Source: Candidatus Iainarchaeum sp. (lineage in GTDB: Archaea > B1Sed10-29 > WALL01). Taken from it: 64,000 nt of DNA. Each line of letters starts with the position of its first letter. Position 1 is the first letter of the stretch. Shown piece after piece: positions 55,740 to 64,000 of this stretch. Where the stretch lies: the NCBI GenBank assembly GCA_021162685.1, contig JAGGYF010000028.1, positions 4,699 through 68,698 of the forward strand, given 5' to 3'. The notes under the pieces are model-generated. The model had not been told where the DNA came from and searched no databases. It was given only the letters and a program-made list of their open reading frames with translations. Made by a program: the position numbers and the translations under genes.

Positions 55740-56698
55740 TCTGTTTAGGTATAGAAAGCACTGCGCACACATTTGGAGTAGGAATAACAGATGGGAGAAA
55801 ATGTCTAGCAAATAGAAAGCTTATGTACAGGGCAAAAGGGGGCATACATCCGAGAGAAGCAGCGCAGTATATGACTGACAACGCACACCTTGTTCTAAAA
55901 GAGGCAATAGAAGAAGCAGACATATCTATGGATGACATAGGATTATTTGCATTTGCACAGGGACCTGGACTTGGACCATGTTTAAGGGTTGGTGCTGCAA
56001 TTGCGCGGGTTCTATCACTCAGATACAAAAAACCCATTGTTGGAGTAAATCATTGTATTGCACATGTTGAAGTTGGTAAGTGGGATGGTAAACTAAAGGA
56101 CCCTTTGGTTGTGTATGTATCAGGCGCAAATACCCAGATCCTTGGATTAGCAAAGAAGAGGTACAGAATATATGGGGAGACACTGGACATTGGTCTTGGG
56201 AATGCCATAGACGTGTTCGCTAGGGAGTTCGGGGTGCCAATGCCAGGAGGCCCATGGTTAGAGAAAACAGCAAAAAAAGGAAAGAGATACATAGAACTGC
56301 CATATACTGTTAAGGGGATGGACCTCGCCTTTTCTGGGTTACTTACTGCAGCAAAAAAGCTCGCTAGGAAGAAGAATAGGTATGACCTATGCTATTCATT
56401 CCAGGAAACACTTTTTGGTATGCTTGTTGAAGTGTCTGAAAGGGCATTAGCACACACAAAAAAAAGAGAGGTGCTTTTGGTTGGGGGAGTTGCACAGAAC
56501 AAACGCCTGAACAATATGTTTAATGAGATGTGCAGATTCCACAATGCAAAGTTTTTTGTTTCAAAACCGGAATATAACGCAGACAATGGGTTTATGATTG
56601 CACTTACAGGATTAAAAATGTTCAAAGCAGGCGTCAGACAAAAAGACTTACATATAAACCAGAAGTGGAGAACTGATGAAGTAGAAGTTATTTGGTAA
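55736..56698 (+). CDS. kae1: tRNA N6-adenosine threonylcarbamoyltransferase Kae1 (KEOPS catalytic subunit)
   Basis: [16 protein letters not shown]..., HCIAH metal-binding motifs; start set at the internal ATG overlapping the rps27ae stop; not fused to Bud32. Confidence 0.9.
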   Translation: MICLGIESTAHTFGVGITDGRKCLANRKLMYRAKGGIHPREAAQYMTDNAHLVLKEAIEEADISMDDIGLFAFAQGPGLGPCLRVGAAIARVLSLRYKKPIVGVNHCIAHVEVGKWDGKLKDPLVVYVSGANTQILGLAKKRYRIYGETLDIGLGNAIDVFAREFGVPMPGGPWLEKTAKKGKRYIELPYTVKGMDLAFSGLLTAAKKLARKKNRYDLCYSFQETLFGMLVEVSERALAHTKKREVLLVGGVAQNKRLNNMFNEMCRFHNAKFFVSKPEYNADNGFMIALTGLKMFKAGVRQKDLHINQKWRTDEVEVIW

Positions 56699-57794
56699 GA
56701 ACTATCATACTCTCTCTTGTAATACCTATCTTTTTTGTTCGTTGTTTAGTGCACCACCTTTTGTTCAAAACAATTATTCTATCAACTGCAAACCCTACGC
56801 TCTCAGCAATCTCTGATAGGATTATATCACTCTCAACAACACCATCTGGGAAGCAACCATTTCCAACAACAATTGCTACCTTCGCCCCTTGCTTACAGAC
56901 CCTATAAAGCTCATGTATAACCATATCCATGTCCTTGAAATATGCTCTTGCTATTGGAGGAAGGTCCTTATTCACAAGAAAATCCGCAGTAGTATCCAAT
57001 CCTATTGCGCTTCTTATGGCTGTTGTTTTCATATGTTTGAAGAAAAGCTCGGTTTCTATTGAGTAAACCCTTGTATACTCAATCTTATTTAGATAAGGAG
57101 GAGATGTTATGACAGCATCTACACTCTCATCTTCCATATCTAACATACGTGCATCTCCAATCCTCGCCTCTGCTTTTGCTTCTGTTGTTTCAAATGTCTT
57201 CACATCATGTAGCATCTTCATGAGCGTCCTCCGCAGCATCTTCCTAAGTGGAGGAACGGGTTTTTTCTTTATCCTCAGGACAGAACCGTCCTTTATCACA
57301 TATGAGCACTTCATCGCAGCATTCATCAATCCTAACAACAAGAAATCCCTTATCTTCTCGTCTTCAAATCTCATTATTGCATCCCTGAACACAAAGATAT
57401 CATCAAGCACATATTTTGAAAATGCTTTTTTTACAAACGATGAAACATCACACTCCTTCTTAACAAATTTTATTTTCATCAACCTCTTTATTGCCTGAAA
57501 TAGTTCATCTGGATCATATTCCCTTAATTTGACATTTGAAACAAAAACTGCTATTGGTGACACATCAAAACCTAAGGAATCTATGCCTCTTTGTTTACAT
57601 GCAACTAGTGTTGTACCAACGCCACAAAAAGGATCCAAAACCAAACCATTAGCACCAAACATATCAAGAACATTGAAAACTAATTGCTTTGAGAAACCCT
57701 CTTTATAGTAAAACCAGTCATATACAGGTTCATGTTTATTAGGAATGAATGTAGCAAATGGGCCCCATTCCAATTTCTCAACAATCTTATACAT
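56688..57794 (-). CDS. orphan DNA methyltransferase (N6-adenine/N4-cytosine, alpha-class motif order)
   Basis: Motif I DPFCGVGTT near the N-terminus and motif IV SPPY about 170 aa downstream; only minus-strand gene in this stretch; no adjacent nuclease-like ORF. Confidence 0.75.
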   Translation of the reverse strand: MYKIVEKLEWGPFATFIPNKHEPVYDWFYYKEGFSKQLVFNVLDMFGANGLVLDPFCGVGTTLVACKQRGIDSLGFDVSPIAVFVSNVKLREYDPDELFQAIKRLMKIKFVKKECDVSSFVKKAFSKYVLDDIFVFRDAIMRFEDEKIRDFLLLGLMNAAMKCSYVIKDGSVLRIKKKPVPPLRKMLRRTLMKMLHDVKTFETTEAKAEARIGDARMLDMEDESVDAVITSPPYLNKIEYTRVYSIETELFFKHMKTTAIRSAIGLDTTADFLVNKDLPPIARAYFKDMDMVIHELYRVCKQGAKVAIVVGNGCFPDGVVESDIILSEIAESVGFAVDRIIVLNKRWCTKQRTKKIGITRESMIVLTK

Positions 57795-57974
57795 ATGTAT
57801 GAATTAGAATGTGTACTTTTATATGGTTTTGCATGATAATTCAAATCTTTGTGGAGTTGCCAGCTCAGAGGTAAAAACAAAAGACTAAAAACTAGTTTTC
57901 CTAGTTCTTGAGATATTCTTACTAGTTTATTTTTATTTTTTGTATAAAATGCTGTTTATCACCACATTCCCTTT

Positions 57975-58160
57975 CTAATCGCTTTCATGTTCATAACAAT
58001 AGGGACATACTTCATATCCACCAAAAATCCCAAGAAATGCGCCTTTCTTCCTCACACAGAATGGGCATAATATTCTTCCACACACCGCGCATCTGTGTGT
58101 GACCAACCTGCCTATAATCTCTCTTCCACAATATCCACAGAAGATATGCTTAGGGCTCAT
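57975..58160 (-). CDS. small Cys-rich zinc-ribbon protein (61 aa)
   Basis: Four CxxC pairs (CGYCG, CAVCG, CPFC, CPYC); co-oriented and upstream of the methyltransferase. Confidence 0.4.
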   Translation of the reverse strand: MSPKHIFCGYCGREIIGRLVTHRCAVCGRILCPFCVRKKGAFLGIFGGYEVCPYCYEHESD

Positions 58161-58193
58161 ATTTTTTAATTATGTTATGTTAAATATAAAAAG

Positions 58194-58898
58194 GTGGTAT
58201 ATTTGACCGAACTTCTTTATATGAAAGATTGCTACATCAAAGAATTTGATGCAAATGTTATAGAGAATGGTAGAGATTACGTTGTATTGGACAGGACTGC
58301 ATTCTATCCAGAAGGGGGAGGACAAGAATCTGATACAGGCACACTAGATGATATTAGGGTAATTAAAGTAAAAAAGGATGGTGGAAAGATAAAACATTTT
58401 GTTGAGGCACCCATTGAGAATAGTGTGGTACATGGTGTCATTGATTGGGATAGAAGATATAAGCATATGAGGATGCATACTGCACAACATTTAGTATCTG
58501 CAATTGTTCTTGATAGATATGGTGCTGAAACAAAAGGCAATCAGATACATGCTGATTATTCACGTATTGATTTTTCGCTTGATAAGATAACGCAGGAGAT
58601 GGTGGATGAGATAACAAGATTGTTCAACGACTATGTTGATAAATCAATTCCAGTGAAGATATATTTTACAAATAGGGAGGAAGTTATCAAAACCATTGAT
58701 GAAAGGAGAAGGAACCTATTCAATCGCGTTCCCTCATTTGTGAAGGAGATAAGGGTTGTTGAGATTGTTGGAGTGGATAAATGTCCATGTGCTGGTACAC
58801 ATGTGTCCAACACAAACGAGATAGGGCACATAAAGATAAAGGACGTGGTAAGTAAGGGCAAGGGTATTACAAGAATTGTGTACGAGTTGGTAAAATGA
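58194..58898 (+). CDS. alaX: AlaX-type alanyl-tRNA editing protein (AlaRS second additional domain)
   Basis: HxxxH (MHTAQHL) and CxxxH (CPCAGTH) zinc motifs; N-terminus YIKEFDANVI...VLDRTAFYPEGGGQ; GTG start or internal ATG at 58221. Confidence 0.8.
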   Translation: MVYLTELLYMKDCYIKEFDANVIENGRDYVVLDRTAFYPEGGGQESDTGTLDDIRVIKVKKDGGKIKHFVEAPIENSVVHGVIDWDRRYKHMRMHTAQHLVSAIVLDRYGAETKGNQIHADYSRIDFSLDKITQEMVDEITRLFNDYVDKSIPVKIYFTNREEVIKTIDERRRNLFNRVPSFVKEIRVVEIVGVDKCPCAGTHVSNTNEIGHIKIKDVVSKGKGITRIVYELVK

Positions 58899-59128
58899 GT
58901 GGGGCTGGTGAAGGAAAATATGAACTTAAAAACGCAAAAGTGTACATACACGAAAGAGGTAAATCAAATGCGAAGATTACGCATATAGATGTAGAACACC
59001 CTTTACTCAATGAGATAATAAAACCAGGAGAAAGCACATATGTTGGGGCGAAGGAGGGCGGTGTTTTCATAGGGCTGAAAAAAGAGATGATAAAAAGAGC
59101 AGAAAGGTTATTGGAGAGGTTGAGATGA
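58895..59128 (+). CDS. small hypothetical protein (77 aa) upstream of bud32
   Basis: Translationally coupled with bud32 (ATGA overlap); no family recognised. Confidence 0.35.
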   Translation: MSGAGEGKYELKNAKVYIHERGKSNAKITHIDVEHPLLNEIIKPGESTYVGAKEGGVFIGLKKEMIKRAERLLERLR

Positions 59129-59715
59129 AACTCATACAAAGGGGGGCAGAAGCATTATTATATAAAGACAAATACCTAGGCATAGATGTGATAAGAAAGA
59201 TACGAACAGAGAAGCCGTACAAGGATAAAACACTTGATGAACGATTGAGAGCATTTAGGACAAGAAACGAGGCAAGATTATTAAACAGAGCAAGATGTGC
59301 AGTAAACACCCCACATGTAATTGAAGTTATCAAAAACAGAAATGAGATAGTAATGGAATTTATTGATGGAGAGCGCATTAAAGAGCGGTTTTTTAGAGGA
59401 GAACTGAGAGGAGCAAAAAAGATCGGAGAGCATATAAAAAAAATGCATGACCATAACATAATACACAATGACCTAACAACCTCAAATATGATAATGAGCC
59501 AACATACAATATATTTTATTGATTTTGGCTTGGGATTTATCTCTCCATCTATTGAGGATAAAGCAACAGACCTTGTTGTTCTTAAAAAGATGCTACAGAG
59601 CACCCATTTTGACCATTTCAGTAGGGTATGGGGAAAGATAATAAGAGGGTATAAACCAAGCAAGGCAATAGAACAGAAGATTGCGGATATAGAGTCAAGG
59701 GTCAGATATAAGTGA
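59125..59715 (+). CDS. bud32: Bud32/PRPK atypical protein kinase (KEOPS subunit)
   Basis: Kinase motifs (HNDLTTSNMIM, IDFGLG); size of archaeal Bud32. Confidence 0.8.
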   Translation: MKLIQRGAEALLYKDKYLGIDVIRKIRTEKPYKDKTLDERLRAFRTRNEARLLNRARCAVNTPHVIEVIKNRNEIVMEFIDGERIKERFFRGELRGAKKIGEHIKKMHDHNIIHNDLTTSNMIMSQHTIYFIDFGLGFISPSIEDKATDLVVLKKMLQSTHFDHFSRVWGKIIRGYKPSKAIEQKIADIESRVRYK

Positions 59716-59749
59716 AACATTTTTATACTGCTGTATATTAAAGAATAGT

Positions 59750-60403
59750 ATGGCAACAATCTTTCATCTTGATAGGTTCAGGGGCACAGAGAGGGATAGG
59801 CTTGCTTCTATAAGTGAAGATACACATGACGCAAATATACGGATGTACCAAGAAGAAACAGATGGCCCTGTAACACTTGAGCTCAAGGTTAGGTTGTACA
59901 GCAATCATAGGGAGGGTTACAACCTGCTTGAGAGATTCAGAAAAGCAGTTACACTTGAACATGAGAATGAGAAGAAGGATATTCCATTCCACGAGGACAT
60001 AAAGAAGGTAATAAAAGGTCTGAGTACAGACATCAACAATGTTTACACAGAGGTTGAGACAAGTGAGATACAACCATATAGAACAGGTAGCACGCAGATG
60101 GGCCATGAGATGTATGTTACTGTAAGATTTAGGAGTTGGGACCCAAGAGTACTTAGAGAAACAGAGGAGTATATCAGAAACCTCAGGAATAAACCAGCAG
60201 AAAACGTGGAACTCATTCTTGAAATTGTTGGGCACAATCCTGCTGCTGTCCAGAAACTACATCAAACATTAAAAACAGTTGTTGAAAGGGCAAAGGAGGA
60301 GATGAGAAGAAAACAAACAAGAGCACCAATGGGACCATCACTAGAGAGGATTGGTGCTGGACCAGAAATTCCAAAAAAGGGAAGATATGAAAGGATCAAA
60401 TGA
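59750..60403 (+). CDS. conserved hypothetical protein (217 aa)
   Basis: Well-formed ORF between bud32 and ham1; no recognisable motifs. Confidence 0.4.
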   Translation: MATIFHLDRFRGTERDRLASISEDTHDANIRMYQEETDGPVTLELKVRLYSNHREGYNLLERFRKAVTLEHENEKKDIPFHEDIKKVIKGLSTDINNVYTEVETSEIQPYRTGSTQMGHEMYVTVRFRSWDPRVLRETEEYIRNLRNKPAENVELILEIVGHNPAAVQKLHQTLKTVVERAKEEMRRKQTRAPMGPSLERIGAGPEIPKKGRYERIK

Positions 60404-60409
60404 TGCACT

Positions 60410-60952
60410 ATGTATTTTATTACATCAAATAAAAACAAAGTAGAGGAAGCTAGGAAGATTTTGGGAGACATAAGATGGAAGCGCATGGACGTGCCCGAGA
60501 TACAGAGCAATACAATAGAGGAGATTGCAAAAGAGAGCGCCAGATATGCCTTCTCAAGGATAAAAAAGCCCCTCTTTGTTGAAGATGCTGGTCTATTCAT
60601 GAAGGCCCTAGCAGGCTTTCCTGGCCCATACTCCAAATATGTATACAACACAATTGGCTGTAAGGGTATAATAAAACTCATGAGGGGAGTACAGACAAGA
60701 GATGCTGAATTTAGGGCTGCTGTGGCATATGCTGACAAGCGTGGCAGGATACATGTGTTCGTTGGCAGAGTTAATGGAACCATAGCAACGTCAGAAAGAG
60801 GAAACCACGGATTTGGCTTTGATCCTATATTCATCCCGAGAAACAAGAAGAAGACATTTGCACAGGACCCTGAGTACAAGGCCAAAATCAGCCATAGAAC
60901 AAAGGCTCTGCTCAAATTGAAGGCCTTTCTTGAGCAAAAGGTTTATAAATAA
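60410..60952 (+). CDS. non-canonical purine NTP pyrophosphatase (Ham1/RdgB/ITPase)
   Basis: FITSNKNKVEE N-terminus, FGFDPIF, SHR motifs. Confidence 0.85.
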   Translation: MYFITSNKNKVEEARKILGDIRWKRMDVPEIQSNTIEEIAKESARYAFSRIKKPLFVEDAGLFMKALAGFPGPYSKYVYNTIGCKGIIKLMRGVQTRDAEFRAAVAYADKRGRIHVFVGRVNGTIATSERGNHGFGFDPIFIPRNKKKTFAQDPEYKAKISHRTKALLKLKAFLEQKVYK

Positions 60953-61030
60953 AGATAGGCAAAATATAGCCACGCCAACGCCACCAGACCCTGTTTCTCG
61001 TTCCAGTTAGGAGCATAAGGAGTTGAAAAT

Positions 61031-61489
61031 ATGGCAAGAATGCATGCTAGAAAGAAAGGTAAGAGCGGGAGTAAGAGGCCTCCGACAAAAATTGCACCTG
61101 AATGGGTGGATATGAGTGCAAAGCAGGTGGAGGAGCTAGTTGTTAAACTTGCAAAAGAAGGCAAATCCATGAGTATCATTGGGGTTATACTAAGAGACCA
61201 ATACGGAATCCCATCTATAAAAGCTGTTTGTGGGAAAAGCGTGAAGGACATACTCAAAGAAAACAACCTTCTGCCAGAATTACCAGAGGACCTGCGAAAT
61301 CTCATGGAGAAGGCAGTTAAACTAAGAAAACATCTTGAGAAGAACAAAAAGGACCTACACAATAGAAGAGGGCTTATGCTTATTGAATCAAAGATAAAGC
61401 GATTGCAGAAGTACTACAAGAGAAAGAAGGTATTGCCACAGAACTGGTATTACAACCCAGAAGAAGCAGCACTTTTGGTGAAACGATGA
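61031..61489 (+). CDS. rps15: 30S ribosomal protein S15 (S13e)
   Basis: S13e N-terminal domain plus S15 helical core ([18 protein letters not shown]). Confidence 0.9.
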   Translation: MARMHARKKGKSGSKRPPTKIAPEWVDMSAKQVEELVVKLAKEGKSMSIIGVILRDQYGIPSIKAVCGKSVKDILKENNLLPELPEDLRNLMEKAVKLRKHLEKNKKDLHNRRGLMLIESKIKRLQKYYKRKKVLPQNWYYNPEEAALLVKR

Positions 61490-61595
61490 AGTATGCATTC
61501 AAAATAAAAATTGGTAAGAGAGTATTTTCAAAAACAATGGAGATGGACGATCTAATAAAGATGGTTGATAAGATGATTGTAAAGGAGAGGATTAA

Positions 61596-62192
61596 ATGGC
61601 AGTAAGAAAGAAAAAAACAGCGGATAGGTGGAAAACAAAAAAGTGGTATACACTTCTTGCACCAAAATGTTTTGAGGAAAAGGAGATAGGACAAACTGTT
61701 GCATCAGAACCTAAACAGATTGTAGGCAGGATAATACGAACTCCACTCAATGTTATAACAGGAAACATATCACAGCAGAGTATGATACTAAAATTTAGGG
61801 TTGTTGATGTAAAAGGAGAATACGGAAAAACTGCTATTGCTGGGCATGAGATTCAAAGAGGGTATATGGAAAGGCTTGTTAGAAGAATGCACTCAATAGT
61901 TACAGCTATTGGACCAGTAACAACAAAGGATGGGTATACATTGCAGATAACTAGTGTTGCAATTGCTAGAAACAAGATGGCGTCAACTCAGAGAAAAGCA
62001 ATAAGGAAAGTCATGTATGATTACATAAAAACAAAGGCATCAAAGATGAAACTTGACAAATTCTTCCAGGAGATGATTTTTGGGAAGGTATCATCAGAGA
62101 TTGCAAAAGAGATAAAAAAGATATACCCTGTATCAAGGGTAGAGATAAAAAAGAGTAGGATTATATCCGAACCTGGAAAGAAGAGTGAGTAG
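61596..62192 (+). CDS. rps3ae: 30S ribosomal protein S3Ae (S1e)
   Basis: KKWYTLLAPK...GRIIRTPL signature of S3Ae. Confidence 0.9.
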   Translation: MAVRKKKTADRWKTKKWYTLLAPKCFEEKEIGQTVASEPKQIVGRIIRTPLNVITGNISQQSMILKFRVVDVKGEYGKTAIAGHEIQRGYMERLVRRMHSIVTAIGPVTTKDGYTLQITSVAIARNKMASTQRKAIRKVMYDYIKTKASKMKLDKFFQEMIFGKVSSEIAKEIKKIYPVSRVEIKKSRIISEPGKKSE

Positions 62193-62867
62193 ATGTATGG
62201 GGCAGAGCTACTACTTCCCCTCATAGTAGGGATTGTAGCATATGGAACTGGTAGTTTAGACCTCCTAAGCTCTATAACTGGCATTGTTATGGGTTATACA
62301 ATCATCTTTGCAAGGGGGTTTGACTGGTTTCTTGTTCTTCTCTTCTTCTTTGTATTGAGTATTGCTGCAACCAGATATAAGTACAAAAGAAAGGAGAGAT
62401 ATCACGTATCCCAGAAAAAAAGAACAGTTGAAAACGTCTTAGGTAATGGTTTGGTTGCAGTTGCTTGTGCAGTCTATGGCAACATATATGGATTCTTTGG
62501 TGCAATATCAACAGCCACATCAGATACTGTTTCATCAGAACTTGGAGTATTATCAAAAGATGACCCTATTGATATTCTCACAGGAAGAACAGTAAGAAGA
62601 GGGGCAAATGGTGGCATATCAGTACTTGGGAACGTTGCTATGTTTGCCAGCTCATTTATACTCTCTTTGTCTGCTATTGTATTGTTCAATGATTTCCTTT
62701 TATTCTGGATAGCATTATGGTCTGGCATCTTTGGATGCATCATTGACTCAATATTTGGCTCTTGGCTTGAGAATAAGGGCGTCATAGGGAACAGTCTTGT
62801 CAATTTCATTGCAACAGTTTTTGGCGCAGGAATGGCTATTTGGCTGAGTACAATTATATCCATGTAA
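62193..62867 (+). CDS. DUF92 (TMEM19-like) integral membrane protein
   Basis: About 6 TM with the conserved basic loop KRKERYHVSQKKRTVENVLGNG. Confidence 0.65.
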   Translation: MYGAELLLPLIVGIVAYGTGSLDLLSSITGIVMGYTIIFARGFDWFLVLLFFFVLSIAATRYKYKRKERYHVSQKKRTVENVLGNGLVAVACAVYGNIYGFFGAISTATSDTVSSELGVLSKDDPIDILTGRTVRRGANGGISVLGNVAMFASSFILSLSAIVLFNDFLLFWIALWSGIFGCIIDSIFGSWLENKGVIGNSLVNFIATVFGAGMAIWLSTIISM

Positions 62868-62895
62868 ACAAACATTTAAATAAACAAGATGAATA

Positions 62896-63594
62896 ATGAG
62901 AATTATGCGAAGGATACTCAGTGGGATATCTGGGCTTGACAGGTTGCTGGAAGGGGGGTTTCCAGAAGGAAGCGCAATACTGGTCACAGGAGAGCCTGGA
63001 ACTGGAAAAACATTGTTCGGATTACAATATCTATACAATGGATGTAGCAGGTATGATGAGCCAGGTGTTCTCATACAAGCAGGAGAATTTAATAGTACAA
63101 TATACTGGTATGAGGAGATGATGCGCTGGAACCTTGCAGACATGCAAGACAAGAATAAACTCATGATATATGCATTTAAGCCAACTGACTATGATAAATT
63201 CCTACCAGAATCGCTTGAAAGTGAGGTTCTCTCAAAATTAAGGAATATCCTTGTCCCAATGCATGTAAAAAGGGCGGTTATTGATGCAATCACTCCTCTC
63301 AGTTTAGGAATGGATTTGAGTAGATACAGAAAGAGTTTGTATCTGTTAATATCGTTTATGAAAGAACTTGGTGTAACATCTGTTCTCATCTCTGAGAGTA
63401 GTTTAAAAGAACAAATGGCAGTTGAAGAACATATCTGTGACGGGGTTATAAGAATAAAACATGAGATAGATGAAACAGGACAGTACAACAAGCGCTTGTT
63501 GGTTGCAAAGATGGTAGCAACAAATGCACCAATGGCGTGGTATCCTGTAACTATATCCAGTAGGCTTGGTTTCTCTGTAAGGCCATTTCTGTAA
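62896..63594 (+). CDS. KaiC-like RecA-superfamily ATPase (single domain)
   Basis: GISGLDRLLEGGFPEGS and Walker A GEPGTGKT. Confidence 0.7.
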   Translation: MRIMRRILSGISGLDRLLEGGFPEGSAILVTGEPGTGKTLFGLQYLYNGCSRYDEPGVLIQAGEFNSTIYWYEEMMRWNLADMQDKNKLMIYAFKPTDYDKFLPESLESEVLSKLRNILVPMHVKRAVIDAITPLSLGMDLSRYRKSLYLLISFMKELGVTSVLISESSLKEQMAVEEHICDGVIRIKHEIDETGQYNKRLLVAKMVATNAPMAWYPVTISSRLGFSVRPFL

Positions 63595-63635
63595 ATAACA
63601 TATTTTTATATGATAATCAACACAATAGAGTAGGC

Positions 63636-63766
63636 AGCCCCGTAGTCTAGTGGCCAAGGATGCAGGCCTTTGGAGCCTGCGACGGCGGTTCGAAAATGAG
63701 GAACCTCCAGCGGGTTCCTCATCCACCTCCAGCAACCACTGGAGTTCGAAAATCCGCCCGGGGCTA
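63636..63766 (+). tRNA. tRNA-Gln (anticodon UUG) with a roughly 56-nt intron inside the T-loop (non-canonical position)
   Basis: Acceptor AGCCCCG/CGGGGCU, D-stem GUCU/GGAU, anticodon stem CAGGC/GCCUG with loop CUUUGGA, T-stem GGCGG/CCGCC; the T-loop is interrupted, with GTTCGAAAAT repeated at 63688-63697 and 63744-63753. Confidence 0.7.
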
Positions 63767-63946
63767 CTTAAACAAAATGTGTTTATTCTCAATCCTCAGC
63801 ACTATAGCATACAATAAGAGCACAATCACTACTGAAGCAATCCACAGGGTATCATGAATAACAAAAGAATCTGTTATCATTGTTAGATATACTCGTAGTA
63901 TATTCCACAACAAAAATATGGGGAAGGAGAGGAGGGCATATATCAC
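63764..63946 (-). CDS. small hydrophobic ORF (60 aa)
   Basis: Two predicted TM helices; poorly supported. Confidence 0.2.
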   Translation of the reverse strand: MIYALLSFPIFLLWNILRVYLTMITDSFVIHDTLWIASVVIVLLLYAIVLRIENKHILFK

Positions 63947-64000
63947 CTTTTTCTCGCTGTCTATGTTATTGGTCGCATATAATAGCGCTGCGAATATTGA

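Noticed and set aside
57109-57498. Plus-strand 129-aa Ser-rich ORF at 57109..57498
   Set aside because: Antisense to the DNA methyltransferase gene; low-complexity composition.
61538-61603. Tiny 21-aa ORF between rps15 and rps3ae
   Set aside because: Too short and unconserved-looking to call; likely just a leader sequence.

Overview
Archaeal chromosome segment from an anaerobic, euryarchaeal/DPANN-like lineage (K/E-rich proteins, about 40% GC). All calls are made by eye from the sequence and the six-frame ORF track; no similarity search, folding or composition calculation was run. The backbone is the conserved ribosomal-protein/translation supercluster: L3-L4-L23-L2-S19-L22-S3-L29-SUI1-Rpp29-S17-L14-L24-S4e-L5-S14-S8-L6-L32e-L19e-L18-S5-L30-L15-SecY, then DUF106-L34e-Cmk-L14e-Cbf5. 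It resumes with S13-S4-S11-RpoD, tRNA-Leu, L18e-L13-S9-RpoN, tRNA-Pro, S2, and later L7Ae-S28e-L24e-Adk, aIF5B-S6e-aIF2gamma-PIN-RpoE-Spt4-DUF359-S24e-S27ae-Kae1, Bud32, Ham1, S15, S3Ae. Downstream of S2 sits an archaeal-type mevalonate cluster: Memo-like, MVK, UbiX, HAD, AcnX large and small subunits (phosphomevalonate dehydratase), an IPK fused to a degenerate HAD domain, CYTH, IDI2 and GluRS. Between cbf5/methyltransferase (about 16.6 kb) and rps13 (about 34.0 kb) lies a roughly 17 kb accessory insert. It contains tRNA-Ser with a toxin-antitoxin mini-island bounded by tRNA-end direct repeats, a 924-aa Cys-rich secreted PKD protein with an embedded CPYC thioredoxin-fold domain convergent with a Trx(CPHC)-CcdA/DsbD fusion, a 12-gene translationally coupled operon, and UDG4-NrdD-NrdG. 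The operon holds DUF5320, DUF134, cupin, NifX-like, CDF transporter::NifX-like fusion, two MinD/ferredoxin ATPases, DUF123 GIY-YIG, a short radical SAM, an MBL-fold protein and a permease; I propose it as a candidate uncharacterized metallocofactor assembly/trafficking system. Four tRNAs are present; tRNA-Leu (D-loop) and tRNA-Gln (T-loop) carry non-canonical introns. A conserved 45-50 nt structured element with hairpin covariation recurs three times next to tRNA genes, twice inside a small repeat array that is bracketed by a 32-nt duplication of the tRNA-Leu 3' end. An orphan alpha-class DNA methyltransferase on the opposite strand separates kae1 from bud32.
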